Below, in pieces: positions 1 to 9,163 of a DNA stretch of 64,000 bases (position 1 is the first letter of the stretch; each line of letters begins with the position of its first letter). The DNA is taken from the IMG/VR virus record IMGVR_UViG_3300033808_000111. The stretch is one strand, 5' to 3'. The position numbers and the translations under genes are program-made. This stretch comes from an uncultured virus (IMG/VR IMGVR_UViG_3300033808_000111). Its lineage: Duplodnaviria; Heunggongvirae; Uroviricota; Caudoviricetes. Under the pieces are notes generated by a model. That model saw only the letters and a program-made list of their open reading frames with translations. It searched no databases and had not been told where the DNA came from.

Positions 1-19
1 CCCCTCCGGCACGCCCCTC

Positions 20-901
20 TTGAACACGCCCGAGGAGCTTTGGTCCTTGTGTCAAGCGATGCCTGGCACCTCGGTCGCGGGGTTCGACTCGGCCGCGCAT
101 GACGTCTTCGGGTCGTGGAAGAAGTTCGTCACGATGTTCCATGGCAAGCCTAAGAAATGGGGCGGCTACGAGTGGAGCAAGGCCGGCGACGTGGATGACG
201 AGGCACGTGTGCGTTTGGGCTCGATCATGCTCAGGCGCATGCGCTCGGACGTCCTGCCCGAGCTTCCGAAGAAGCGCCGGCGGTTTTTGAGCGTCGACGT
301 CGACGAGCGTGGGCTGCCGCCGGTTTCGCTTGGAGCAGGAGATCTCGCTCGCATGACCGACGACGAGGTGCTCGCGGCGTGCGGTCCCGAGAAACCGCTC
401 TCGTCGATCAGGCGCGAGCTTGCGCTCCGACGGATGACCTCTTTGCTCGAGATCGTGGAAGAACACGAAGAAGAAGAGCAGCCGATGGTCGCGTTTTCCT
501 ACCACCGCGAGCCGGTCGAGCAGCTCGGCGCGCGCAAGGGCTGGGGGTGCATCACGGGCGGGATGCCGGGTCCCGAGCGAACCCGAATCGTGGCGGAGTT
601 TCAAGCTGGCAAACTCAAAGGAATAGCAGGCACGATCGGGGCGATGGGCGTCGGCGTCACGCTCACGGCGGCCGCGAGCGTCGTCTTTCTGGACCGCGAT
701 TACGTGCCGGCGAACAACCTCCAGGCCGAGGACCGCTGCGTCCGCGTCGGGCAGACCCGCGGCGTGCTCGTCACGATCTTCCAGAGCAACCACGCCGTCG
801 ACCTGCGTGTGCGCGACGCGCTCGCGCGCAAGATGCGTCTGCTCGAGTCGCTCGACCTGGGCGAGGACGAGGTGCCGAGCGAGGTCAGTTTCAGGAAGTG
901 A
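20..901 (+). CDS. SNF2/SMARCAL1-like helicase, C-terminal part (probably 5'-truncated by window edge)
   Basis: MLRRMRSDVLPELP, motif V GAMGVGVTLTAA and motif VI QAEDRCVRVGQ typical of SNF2 HelicC. Confidence 0.9.
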   Translation: MNTPEELWSLCQAMPGTSVAGFDSAAHDVFGSWKKFVTMFHGKPKKWGGYEWSKAGDVDDEARVRLGSIMLRRMRSDVLPELPKKRRRFLSVDVDERGLPPVSLGAGDLARMTDDEVLAACGPEKPLSSIRRELALRRMTSLLEIVEEHEEEEQPMVAFSYHREPVEQLGARKGWGCITGGMPGPERTRIVAEFQAGKLKGIAGTIGAMGVGVTLTAAASVVFLDRDYVPANNLQAEDRCVRVGQTRGVLVTIFQSNHAVDLRVRDALARKMRLLESLDLGEDEVPSEVSFRK

Positions 902-1183
902 GTGGAGATGGAAGACCGAACACAACAAGGAAGGGTCTGCACGCAGTGTCGTCTCGGAGCGCACGATCATTGCGTCTGTACCGATTGCGAAGTGTGTGCG
1001 CATCGGTTCGACCACGAGGTGCGGAGGAAAATCCTCGAAGAAGTCGAGAGGGCGCTCGAGGCTCTTCTCATGAAGCCAATCCGACTCATCCCGATGACGC
1101 CAACCAAGGAGAAAGAGACTCGGGATGACATTCACGATGGCATGTCGAGAGCGCTCAGGGTTGTCCGGGAGATGAAGCGATGA
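902..1183 (+). CDS. hypothetical protein, Cys/His-rich N-terminus
   Basis: CTQC..HDHC.CTDC..C; directly follows helicase. Confidence 0.6.
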   Translation: MEMEDRTQQGRVCTQCRLGAHDHCVCTDCEVCAHRFDHEVRRKILEEVERALEALLMKPIRLIPMTPTKEKETRDDIHDGMSRALRVVREMKR

Positions 1184-1207
1184 ATCAGTTGAGAAAGGAA
1201 GAAGGTC

Positions 1208-1504
1208 ATGGGTGAAAACGAGCACGAGGACGCAGTAGAGAGCGAAGGGATGCCAGGTCTGGACGAGGAGGAAGATCCCCCGCCGTTCATCCAGATCGTG
1301 TCGTCGGCCGCGCACGCCTTCGGGCGTGGCGACGGCGAGTACGCCGGGACCGAGGTGCTCTACGGCCTCGGCAAGGACGGCAGCGTCTGGGAGTACTGCG
1401 TGTCGGACCCCGATCGGGCCGGCGCGCGCGACGGCTGGGAGCGGCTTCCGCACGTCGCTTACCGCGACGGGGAGGAGCCCAAGGGACCGAGGAAGACGCG
1501 ATGA
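1208..1504 (+). CDS. hypothetical protein
   Basis: RBS-like GAAGG upstream; ATGA overlap with next gene. Confidence 0.65.
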   Translation: MGENEHEDAVESEGMPGLDEEEDPPPFIQIVSSAAHAFGRGDGEYAGTEVLYGLGKDGSVWEYCVSDPDRAGARDGWERLPHVAYRDGEEPKGPRKTR

Positions 1505-1767
1505 CGTCTTCGAGAATGTTGAAGCCGGGCGGAGAGCTGCCGCCCGAGATCGTCTGGCTCGCGCGCAAGAAGCCCTTGCAGGGCAAGGCGGTCGTCGCGG
1601 CCTTCAAGCGCCTCGGGCGCGGCAAGAGGGGCGAGCTTGGCGTCTCGGCGAGCTACTTCATCTCGCTCCTCGAGCTTGCGCTCAAAGAGGAGAGCAAGAA
1701 GAAGCGGTCCAAGAAGCGGTCCAAGGCAGCGCGTAAAGCGGTGAAGAAGACGGCGAAGCGAAAGTGA
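1501..1767 (+). CDS. basic hypothetical protein with Lys-rich tail
   Basis: ATGA/GTGA overlaps on both sides. Confidence 0.6.
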   Translation: MTSSRMLKPGGELPPEIVWLARKKPLQGKAVVAAFKRLGRGKRGELGVSASYFISLLELALKEESKKKRSKKRSKAARKAVKKTAKRK

Positions 1768-1865
1768 AGCTTTTGCTGGTTCAGGCGCTCGTCGCGCTTT
1801 TTGCGGGTTTCTTGGCTGCCGCGGTGGCGTACATTATTGTGTGGGCGCCACGATTCGAGTGGTGA
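1764..1865 (+). CDS. small membrane protein (33 aa, not in ORF track)
   Basis: GTG overlaps previous stop; MKLLLVQALVALFAGFLAAAVAYIIVWAPRFEW is one hydrophobic helix. Confidence 0.55.
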   Translation: MKLLLVQALVALFAGFLAAAVAYIIVWAPRFEW

Positions 1866-1882
1866 GGCTCCAAGGTGAGGGA

Positions 1883-2443
1883 ATGGACATCAAGAAGCTG
1901 CAAGAGGAAGTGAACGCTCGGTGGGGCAGTCAGGAGAACAACCCCTGTCACGGCTCGGACCCGAACCACGCGCTCGTCCACATGGTCAAGGCCCTCGGCA
2001 AGGTTGCTTCGGCCCTGAACGACGCTGAGCACGAAGAGCGTGCTCCGCGTGCAGAGGAGATCGACAAGTACCTCGCGGACCTCGTCATCTGCGCCGCGAG
2101 GTTCGGCTACGGGATCGTCGACCTCGACGCGGTGTGTGTCGCGCGTCTCGAGGAGAAGTTCCCCGAATCGGGAGGCGGTTTCCGCTATGACGCTCTTTTC
2201 GCGTGGCGGGATGAGCTGACTGATCGCTGGGGCGAGGAACTCGTCGACCTGCTCTCGACGCTCGGCGATGAAAAAATCGATCATCGCTTGCCTGCGGCTC
2301 TTCGATCCTTGTGGGATTCTTTCGGCAAGCTCGACGAAGAAATGCGCTTCAAGCTCGCAGAGGCTTGGGTCGAGCGTACCGAGCAGCGCTTTCGCGACAA
2401 TCAATCGAGGAAGAAGATGGAGAAGGTGGAGCGGAGCTTCTGA
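1883..2443 (+). CDS. MazG-like nucleotide pyrophosphohydrolase family protein (degenerate first motif)
   Basis: MDIKKLQEEV..ALVHMVKALGKVA..EEIDKYLADLVI..VDLDAVCVARLEEK helical pattern; RBS GGTGAGG. Confidence 0.6.
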   Translation: MDIKKLQEEVNARWGSQENNPCHGSDPNHALVHMVKALGKVASALNDAEHEERAPRAEEIDKYLADLVICAARFGYGIVDLDAVCVARLEEKFPESGGGFRYDALFAWRDELTDRWGEELVDLLSTLGDEKIDHRLPAALRSLWDSFGKLDEEMRFKLAEAWVERTEQRFRDNQSRKKMEKVERSF

Positions 2444-2706
2444 TGGGCAGCTCGCACACACCCACGGGACGCGTGCTCGTGCCGCCCGACGTGCTCGCGG
2501 CGCTCCGGGCGCTCATCTCGGTGTACGGCAAGGGCCGCGCGTCCGAGGCGCTCGGCTGTTCGAAGCTCACGCTCGACGACGCGACGTGCGAGGGTGCGCG
2601 TCTTCGCCCCGAGATGCTCGGCAAGCTCAGGATCGCCATCGAGGTGGCGAAGAAGAAGCTCGAGGCGACAGTGACGCCACCGATGAAGACGGCGAAATTG
2701 GCCTGA
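2443..2706 (+). CDS. putative HTH protein
   Basis: GKGRASEALGCSKLTLDDA; TGATG coupling. Confidence 0.5.
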   Translation: MGSSHTPTGRVLVPPDVLAALRALISVYGKGRASEALGCSKLTLDDATCEGARLRPEMLGKLRIAIEVAKKKLEATVTPPMKTAKLA

Positions 2707-3140
2707 TGGGAGAGCCGCACACGTGTCATGGTGTGGTCGTGTCATCGTTCGATCCGCGATGCCCGGCTTGTCAGGCTAGGGGTGCGGCTAGAGATGTGAT
2801 GAAGAACGAGTCGATCGAGACGAAGTTCAATGCCGTTGCTCGCGAGATGCTCGCCTTCCGCGACGCCATTCGCAAGCTCACGGACAACATGACCGACGAC
2901 GAGATCCTCGAGCTTGCGCGGGTCTGCGAGCAAGCCTCTAAGCCCGGTCCTCATCCGTTCGGTGGCGGGAGCAAGAATTTCGACTCGCCCGAGTGGCAAG
3001 AGGTCGCGGACATCTTGTTGGCGGAGGTCGGCTACCGCCATGCGGTCGCCGACATGAGAGAGAAGAAGCTTTCGTACTACTGCATCCACTGCCGCGGCGA
3101 GCACACGCCCGAGCACCTCGCGGAGCTTCGGAAGGGATGA
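2706..3140 (+). CDS. hypothetical protein with CxxC motifs
   Basis: TGATG coupling; CPAC, CIHC. Confidence 0.6.
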   Translation: MGEPHTCHGVVVSSFDPRCPACQARGAARDVMKNESIETKFNAVAREMLAFRDAIRKLTDNMTDDEILELARVCEQASKPGPHPFGGGSKNFDSPEWQEVADILLAEVGYRHAVADMREKKLSYYCIHCRGEHTPEHLAELRKG

Positions 3141-3322
3141 TCGAGATCGCCTCCTCTTGCGGGCACCACAAGAGCGGCTTGAACGTCGTCTTGATGCTCG
3201 TGCTCGCTCGGAACATTTCGTCTGACTTGGCCATCGTGTGTCCGACTTGTCGCAAAGTGCTTTTTCGCGTGTCGGGGTTCAGTGAGGTCGGAGTGAGTCG
3301 AAAGCTGAAGAGGGTGAAGTAG
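3137..3322 (+). CDS. small zinc-ribbon-like protein
   Basis: CGH..CPTC; ATGA overlap. Confidence 0.5.
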   Translation: MIEIASSCGHHKSGLNVVLMLVLARNISSDLAIVCPTCRKVLFRVSGFSEVGVSRKLKRVK

Positions 3323-3547
3323 ATGGCTCGCCCCGAGCATCTTCATCCGTACGACGTGCCTGCTAGAAGATGCGCGATGACGCCCAAATGCCAAGATCGA
3401 GATGCCATGGAAAAATCTCACGGCTCTCCGTTCGAGTATCGTGCCAAGGTGTACCAGGCCTTCGTGGACGGTTTCATCAACTCCGAGGAGTCGGAAATGA
3501 CGTACCAGCGTTATCTTGTCGACTGGAACAAAGGGCGGTGCTCGTGA
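3323..3547 (+). CDS. MARxEHL-tag protein 1
   Basis: N-terminus MARPEHLHPY shared with 30839, 31550, 41496, 41918. Confidence 0.8.
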   Translation: MARPEHLHPYDVPARRCAMTPKCQDRDAMEKSHGSPFEYRAKVYQAFVDGFINSEESEMTYQRYLVDWNKGRCS

Positions 3548-3741
3548 GTCTTCCTGGCAATCGTTCACCTTGGCACGTGTCGCTCGACACGACTGCCGTC
3601 GATTCCAAGCTCGTGGAGGCAATTCGTACGGCCGTCGGCAAACCTCCGACCGAAGAGGAGATGCGTCGCGCGCTCCTTGGGACCGCAGGTGAATCTTTTG
3701 CTGCTCGTCACGCCGAGCTGCTCACGCGGCTCGCATCATGA
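3544..3741 (+). CDS. hypothetical protein
   Basis: GTGA overlap with previous stop. Confidence 0.5.
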   Translation: MSLPGNRSPWHVSLDTTAVDSKLVEAIRTAVGKPPTEEEMRRALLGTAGESFAARHAELLTRLAS

Positions 3742-3796
3742 AGCGCGAAGCGGTTCATGGTTCTCTTGCTGCGAAGGCGCCGAAGGGGCCGTTCGC

Positions 3797-4435
3797 ATGA
3801 GGCTCGCTCCTGCTGTCCCCTTCGAGCCGTGCGTCGACACCGACGAGATCCTCGATGGTGCGAAGTGCGCCGCGCTCTGGGCCGCCGGCATCAAGGGCGT
3901 GTGGCGCTACCTCGAGGACCTCACGCCCGGCGAGGTCGCCGCGATCTTGGGCTCGGGACTTAAGCTTTTCTTCGTCAATCATTCGCGTCTTCCCGGCTGG
4001 ATTCCTTCTGCGGGCGACGGCGCGATGGACGCGGCGCGCGACGTCCTCAATTTGAAGAAGCTCGGCATCCCGAAGGGCGTTCACGTGGCCTTCGATCTCG
4101 AGGGAGTCGGGGGAGGCATCACGAGCGTGTCTCTAGTCGAAGCACACGTGATCAGCTGGTCGCGCGGAGTCCAGAGTTCCAGCAACCTCGCCGCGCTTTA
4201 CGTGGGCGAGGGCGCGCTCCTCACGTCGCGGCAGCTCTTCGCGCTCCCGCCGACCCTGTATTGGGCCTCATGCAGTCTCATCGTCGATGTCGCGGGCAAC
4301 GCGGCGGTGCCCGAGTGCGACTGGTCGGTCCTCCAGGGGCGGCCGTTCGACGTCATCATCGGTGGCGTCAAGGTCGACTTCGACGTCGTTTTCGCAGACA
4401 ATCGTGGGCGCGTTCCGATCGGTGTGGCAGCGTGA
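3797..4435 (+). CDS. DUF1906 / Rv2525c-like glycoside hydrolase (putative peptidoglycan hydrolase)
   Basis: VD..AALWAAGIKGVWRYL..LTPGEVAAILGSGLKL..G..DA..LGIPKG..VAFDLE..VDFD. Confidence 0.8.
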   Translation: MRLAPAVPFEPCVDTDEILDGAKCAALWAAGIKGVWRYLEDLTPGEVAAILGSGLKLFFVNHSRLPGWIPSAGDGAMDAARDVLNLKKLGIPKGVHVAFDLEGVGGGITSVSLVEAHVISWSRGVQSSSNLAALYVGEGALLTSRQLFALPPTLYWASCSLIVDVAGNAAVPECDWSVLQGRPFDVIIGGVKVDFDVVFADNRGRVPIGVAA

Positions 4436-4473
4436 TCGTGTAGTAGAGCAGAACAAGCAGAAGAGGTGAGGCG

Positions 4474-5166
4474 ATGGCTGAAAGTGTGATCTTTTCGTGC
4501 GACTTGTGCGGCACGCGTTCCGAGGAAGAGATCTCGGACTCGCGTACACAAAGATGCGGGGTCGAGTTCGTCTTTCGCGGCGGAAGGTTCGCGGTGCATG
4601 GAGCAGCGGCGCAAGCTCCGCTGCCGCCAGTCGCCGCTGCGCCGTCCCTGCCGGGCTTTCTGTTTCCGTTTCCAATACCGCCGCAGCAGCAGTCGCAACA
4701 GCAATCGGAATCTCCGCCGTCCGACGAGCTTCGCGTCCACTACGCGCTCTGCGACGGATGCGTGAGGCGCATCGCAGGGCTGTTCGATCTCCGCGTCGAG
4801 CAAGTCGCGGAGGTCGGAGCGCCCGGACCGTGGGAACCGCTCGATCGCGGAGCCTTCAGCCCATTCGCTCCTCAGTCCGGTTCTTCGCCGTTCGGCGCTG
4901 CCGCTCGCGTCTCTTCGCGGCCGCTCTCGGAAGCAGAGGAGATGGAGAGGAGAAGGGCCGAATCATCTCGGGGCGAGATGATCGCCCAATTCCCGAATCG
5001 TCCCGGCGCCGGAATGCCTTTGGATCCCGTGGTGCAGTTCCCCGACGTGCCGAACAACGGTGCTGGCGCTGCGGCCGACGACGCCGGCGCGGCTGCTGCG
5101 GCTGCTGGACAAGGAGCCGAGAAAAATGCCGAGAAAGAGAAGAGCGGTCCCCCGGCCAGCAGTTGA
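4474..5166 (+). CDS. hypothetical protein with split CxxC..CxxC zinc finger and low-complexity tail
   Basis: FSCDLCG and ALCDGC; RBS GAGGTGAGG. Confidence 0.7.
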   Translation: MAESVIFSCDLCGTRSEEEISDSRTQRCGVEFVFRGGRFAVHGAAAQAPLPPVAAAPSLPGFLFPFPIPPQQQSQQQSESPPSDELRVHYALCDGCVRRIAGLFDLRVEQVAEVGAPGPWEPLDRGAFSPFAPQSGSSPFGAAARVSSRPLSEAEEMERRRAESSRGEMIAQFPNRPGAGMPLDPVVQFPDVPNNGAGAAADDAGAAAAAAGQGAEKNAEKEKSGPPASS

Positions 5167-5356
5167 GGGGTTCGTCGCTCCAGTCTCGCCTCCTTATCGT
5201 GCCCAACTGCGAAAGGAAGCCCGTCCCTGGCGAGACAACATCGAGGACGCCATGCAGGACGGCCGCGAGCTTGGGGCTCCGGCGAGGGTCGTGTCATTCG
5301 CCGGTGTTCTTCTCGCGAAGTTTGAGCGTACCGTGAAGGCGGGTTAAGCTCGGGGC

Positions 5357-5602
5357 GTGGATCGAGTCTCGACTCCCGCGGCGCTTCTCCTCTCGGTGCT
5401 CGTCGTCTGCACGACGGCCCTCGTCTACAAGGGCCTCTTGCCGACGCACGCGTTCTTCACGCTCGCGGGCGTCGTGATCGGCTATGCGGTGCCACGCGCG
5501 GCGCAGGCCGCGCTCGGTCGCAGGAGTTCATCGTCGTTTCCACCCGCAGAGGTGCCGACGCGTCCGGACATCAAGATCACCGAAAAGAAAGACGGCAAGT
5601 GA
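5357..5602 (+). CDS. two-TM small membrane protein (holin-like topology)
   Basis: two hydrophobic helices and a charged C-tail. Confidence 0.55.
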   Translation: MDRVSTPAALLLSVLVVCTTALVYKGLLPTHAFFTLAGVVIGYAVPRAAQAALGRRSSSSFPPAEVPTRPDIKITEKKDGK

Positions 5603-5898
5603 GCGGTCTCAATCTGCCGAAGCTCTTTCAGAACCCGCAGTATCTCGCGCAGGTTGGGCACTTTCTCGGCGGAGCGTGGGTCATCGGCTTAACAGTCATC
5701 TTTGCGGGTTTCGCGAGCTTCTGGATCGCCTGGATCGCGCTCGTCGTGCTCGCGGCGATCAAGGAGGGCTGGTACGACATCAAGTACGAGAAGGACAGCT
5801 GGCCTGATTCAGTGATGGACTTCGCGTTCTACCAAGTCGGAGCTGCCGTCGCGTCGGCGGTCTTTTGGCTTGCTCACCACTTGCACCGGATACAGTAG
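5599..5898 (+). CDS. membrane protein
   Basis: three hydrophobic segments; GHF..KE.WYD..DS..D motif. Confidence 0.7.
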   Translation: MSGLNLPKLFQNPQYLAQVGHFLGGAWVIGLTVIFAGFASFWIAWIALVVLAAIKEGWYDIKYEKDSWPDSVMDFAFYQVGAAVASAVFWLAHHLHRIQ

Positions 5899-5909
5899 GG
5901 AGGAAGCTC

Positions 5910-7061
5910 ATGCCGAAGTGTCACCATTATCACCGCATCCACCCGCGCCTTCGCGGTGTTCGTTTGTCCCGCGCCGAGGGGTTCCCCTCGGGGACGCTCT
6001 CGCCCGCGCAGATCTTGGCCGCGTACGGCTTCAAACAAAATCAGTTCGCGGGCGCGGCTCCAGTGAAGATCGGCGTGGGCTCGCTCGGCGGAGCGGTCGT
6101 CCAGTCGGACATCGACAACTCCGTCGCGGCGTGGGGCATGCTCGCGCCGAACATCACGGCGCGCACTGTGGGCGGAGCAGCGCAGGACCCGACGGATGCT
6201 GACAGCTCGGTCGAGAACATGCTCGATCTTCTGCCCACCATCGCGTTCACCTGGTGGTGGCTCACGGGGACTGCCGCTGATATCACCATCACGTTCGGCC
6301 CGAACGCGTCCGGCGGGATGAAGCTCGTGACGGACGACCTCGTCGCGGCAGGCGTCAAGGTTGCGAGCTGGTCGTGGGGCTCGTCGGAGTCTTCGTGGGA
6401 CCCGGCGGAGCAAGATGCGCTCGCGGCTTCCTTCAAGGCGGCCGCGGACGCGGGCGTGACGTTCTGCGCGGCGTCGGGTGACAACTCAGTCGACGACGGC
6501 ACCGGCGCGCCGAGCCCCGATTACCCGGCTGGAGATCCGTGCGTCTGGGGTATCGGAGGCACGAAGCTCCAGATAGCGGCCGACGGCTCGCGCGCGAACG
6601 AGAGTGCGTGGGGCGACGGCGCTCCCGGTGACGAAGGGGGCGGTGGGGGCTTCGACCAGGTCTGGGCGATGCCCGGTTTTCAAGTGGGCATAGTACCCAC
6701 GATCCCGCAAGGAGCCTTCAGAGGCGTTCCTGATACTGCGGCCAACGCTGACCCCAATTCCGGATGGCAGATGTCAGCGAATGGCGGCTGGACGGTCGTC
6801 GGAGGAACGAGTGCAAGCTCGCCGTTCACCGCCGCGCTCATCGCGGTCGCGAAGGGCGTGGCGGCTGTCGCTGGCGGCAACCGAGCGCTCGCGGGTCTCT
6901 TGACGCCCGTCATCTACGCGGCGCGCGAGACCGCCTGCAACGACATCACGACTGGTTCGAACGGTGATCCCGCGACGGTCGGCTGGGACCCTGCGACGGG
7001 TCTTGGTTCTCCCGCGGGCGGCGCTTTCATCGCTGCGCTCACGTCTTCGTCGTCATCGTGA
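5910..7061 (+). CDS. S53 (sedolisin/kumamolisin-type) serine peptidase lacking the usual prodomain
   Basis: ENMLD (Glu/Asp of triad), ASGD (oxyanion Asp), GGTSASSP (Ser), RGVPD, DITTGSNG..WDPATGLGSP; RBS GGGAGG. Confidence 0.92.
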   Translation: MPKCHHYHRIHPRLRGVRLSRAEGFPSGTLSPAQILAAYGFKQNQFAGAAPVKIGVGSLGGAVVQSDIDNSVAAWGMLAPNITARTVGGAAQDPTDADSSVENMLDLLPTIAFTWWWLTGTAADITITFGPNASGGMKLVTDDLVAAGVKVASWSWGSSESSWDPAEQDALAASFKAAADAGVTFCAASGDNSVDDGTGAPSPDYPAGDPCVWGIGGTKLQIAADGSRANESAWGDGAPGDEGGGGGFDQVWAMPGFQVGIVPTIPQGAFRGVPDTAANADPNSGWQMSANGGWTVVGGTSASSPFTAALIAVAKGVAAVAGGNRALAGLLTPVIYAARETACNDITTGSNGDPATVGWDPATGLGSPAGGAFIAALTSSSSS

Positions 7062-7360
7062 GTGCCGCGCGTGAGCGAGCCGAGGTTCTCGCCGATCTTC
7101 TGATGGAGAAGCTCGGCGCAAAAATTGGATCAGGGAGACTTAGTGATCGTTTTCAAGAAGCAGGCGATCTTGTTTGGTTTGCTGCGTACGCTCCTGCTCC
7201 GATTGGTTGGGTTGATCCCGCTTTGGCCATTATCAACGTGAAGAAAGATGGTCAGATTTACATGGAGCGTACTCATCGTTCGGATGATCGAGCTTGGGCA
7301 GAGACAGTCGCCGCGGTCATTTCGGACGCAGGTCTCGGGAAGTGGCTCGAGATGCGCTGA
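7058..7360 (+). CDS. AEVLAD-domain family paralog
   Basis: RERAEVLADLLMEKLG..KDGQI..AGLGKWL. Confidence 0.8.
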   Translation: MSAARERAEVLADLLMEKLGAKIGSGRLSDRFQEAGDLVWFAAYAPAPIGWVDPALAIINVKKDGQIYMERTHRSDDRAWAETVAAVISDAGLGKWLEMR

Positions 7361-7482
7361 CCCATGTGGCCGCCCTGTCGTGCCCCTGGCACAACGTGGG
7401 CCCAGGCCCACATCGCCGCTGGTGCGGCGATAGGGCGTAGCGGACATATGCAAGGGCACCGAGCGAAGGAGCGAAGGTGATG
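7358..7482 (+). repeat. repeat family B, long copy with internal 3-hairpin insert; mini-ORF 7364-7480
   Basis: TGACCCATGTGG..CGTAGCGG.CA.ATGCAAGGGCACCGAG..GAAGGAGCGAAGGTGATG shared with 26991-27055. Confidence 0.85.
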
Positions 7483-8334
7483 CCGCGCGGTGATTTCAAA
7501 GACGCCGAGGAGGTGCTGCGCGAGGTCGGCGCCGAGCTGGGCCTCCGGCTCGATCGCCTCTGCATCTTTCCGCTCGACTCCATCACCGTCCAAGGGGCCG
7601 GCGGCTCGATCGAGTACGTCCCTGGCCTCGTGTACGTGGTCGAGGATCTCAAGGCCACGACGGACGACACGTGGGTCGTTGTTCGAGATGCGCGCCGCGC
7701 CCGCGAGATCGCGGTCGAAACGGCGCAGGTCGACATCTACGACGTGCCCGGCGATTACCCGTTCGATCTTCTTGCGGCACATGTGGATATGGCGCGGCTC
7801 CGTCGCGACGTTTACGAAGAAGCATACTCGTCGAACCTCGACGCGCTTGACGCTCCGCGAAATCGGCCCGAGGTGTTCTGGTCGTACTGGGAAGGAGAGG
7901 GTCTCAAGCTTCCCAAGTTTCCACTCGCTGGGGCAGAGCGGATGTTTCCGACTCAAGAAGAAGTCGAGGGTCTCGCTTCGGTGATGGCACGAAACCAAAC
8001 GCTCGATCCGCTCTCGTATCTTGTCGCGAACCACGGGCGCGCGGCCCAGCAGATGCTCGTGAACTCTCACGCTCTCAATACGAAGGACGCCGCCGAAGAA
8101 GCGGTTCGGCATTTCGGCGTCGAGTACTACCTCACGCGTGGTCGGGGGCATGTTCGCGAGACGCCCTCTGGTTATCAGTACTGGCTCTCCGGGCTGCCAA
8201 AGTTGAAACAAAGGCAGCCGCCTATTTCGAGGAAGTCTCCTCCTTCGGGGCGTCCGCTCGAGTACCACGAGTGGTGCGCGATCTGCGGTGGCTTGCACGG
8301 CACTTCCGAGTGTCCGCGGCAGTGGGAGCGCTGA
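7480..8334 (+). CDS. RETPSG family paralog
   Basis: DF..EEVLREVGAELG..WVVVRD..RETPSGYQYW. Confidence 0.8.
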   Translation: MPRGDFKDAEEVLREVGAELGLRLDRLCIFPLDSITVQGAGGSIEYVPGLVYVVEDLKATTDDTWVVVRDARRAREIAVETAQVDIYDVPGDYPFDLLAAHVDMARLRRDVYEEAYSSNLDALDAPRNRPEVFWSYWEGEGLKLPKFPLAGAERMFPTQEEVEGLASVMARNQTLDPLSYLVANHGRAAQQMLVNSHALNTKDAAEEAVRHFGVEYYLTRGRGHVRETPSGYQYWLSGLPKLKQRQPPISRKSPPSGRPLEYHEWCAICGGLHGTSECPRQWER

Positions 8335-8335
8335 G

Positions 8336-9160
8336 ATGGCTGTCTTTTCTACGGTGCCGTTGATAGAGCGTGACTTCTCGAACTCTGCGTGGGTGAAGCT
8401 CGAGGTCGCGGCTGAGATCGGTATTCGCCCCGAACAGCTCGAGATTCGCCGCATCGCTTTTGTCGAGCCCTCGATGTACTCAGGCACCGTTTACGGGGTA
8501 AGCACTATCAGTGGTTACAGCGACTGGGTCTGGAACGTCGTCCGCGATCACGACGAGCTTCGAAAGCTCGGCCTCGGATGGGCCACGTATTTGTTCCGGA
8601 AGGAGCCTCGGGATGCCATCGGGCGCCTTTCGAAGTTGCGCGCGTTCAACTCGAGCGCTTTCAGGGAGGCTTTCGTCAGGTTCGCCGTCGATCAAGACGC
8701 CCTGCGCGACGGTCTCGAAGGTTTTCTCACTCAAGAATCGGCGTGGCTCGCGCGCGGCCTCGCACGTTCGGATCCCGAGGAGTTCTGGAACGTATGGGAC
8801 CGCGTCGCAGAGCAAGCGACGTGGTTTCCGCGCGGCATGGAGGCGTCGTTTCGCGCACGCCGAACCCCGAATGCCGACGAGCGCGATGCGCTCGCCGATG
8901 CCCTCGCGGAGGACGCGATGCTTGACCCTGTCGGCTATCTAAAGGGGACCGCGCCGCGCCGAGAGCTTGCGGCGCGCCGGCAGCGGCAAGAGATTCCTTT
9001 CAGCGACGCGATGAGCGAGGTCGCGAGGTTCGGGGGCATCGATGCGGGCGGCGCCGCGGCGCTCGTGGTCGAGCGCCTCGGGCCACTCGCCTTGATGTCC
9101 GTTGGAGAGAAGCATGCGCGCGAGACTCCGAGCGGCTACGTCTATTGGCAGGAGACCTGA
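8336..9160 (+). CDS. RETPSG family paralog
   Basis: RDFSNSAWVKLEVAAEIGIRP..RETPSGYVYW. Confidence 0.85.
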   Translation: MAVFSTVPLIERDFSNSAWVKLEVAAEIGIRPEQLEIRRIAFVEPSMYSGTVYGVSTISGYSDWVWNVVRDHDELRKLGLGWATYLFRKEPRDAIGRLSKLRAFNSSAFREAFVRFAVDQDALRDGLEGFLTQESAWLARGLARSDPEEFWNVWDRVAEQATWFPRGMEASFRARRTPNADERDALADALAEDAMLDPVGYLKGTAPRRELAARRQRQEIPFSDAMSEVARFGGIDAGGAAALVVERLGPLALMSVGEKHARETPSGYVYWQET

Positions 9161-9163
9161 GGA

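Noticed and set aside
1180..1215. Short ATGAATC..GAAGGTCATG segment resembling family A ends
   Set aside because: Only 28 bp, interior unrelated and 3n+2 rule not met; may be just an RBS.
7371..7437. tRNA-like cloverleaf
   Set aside because: No T-loop (TTCG) or D-loop consensus, no 7-nt anticodon loop, no CCA; treated as part of repeat B.
7273..8487. 404-aa minus-strand ORF (likewise 19371-20819, 22442-23905, 29975-31162, 62784-63785)
   Set aside because: Antisense shadows of well-supported + genes in GC-rich DNA; no motifs.
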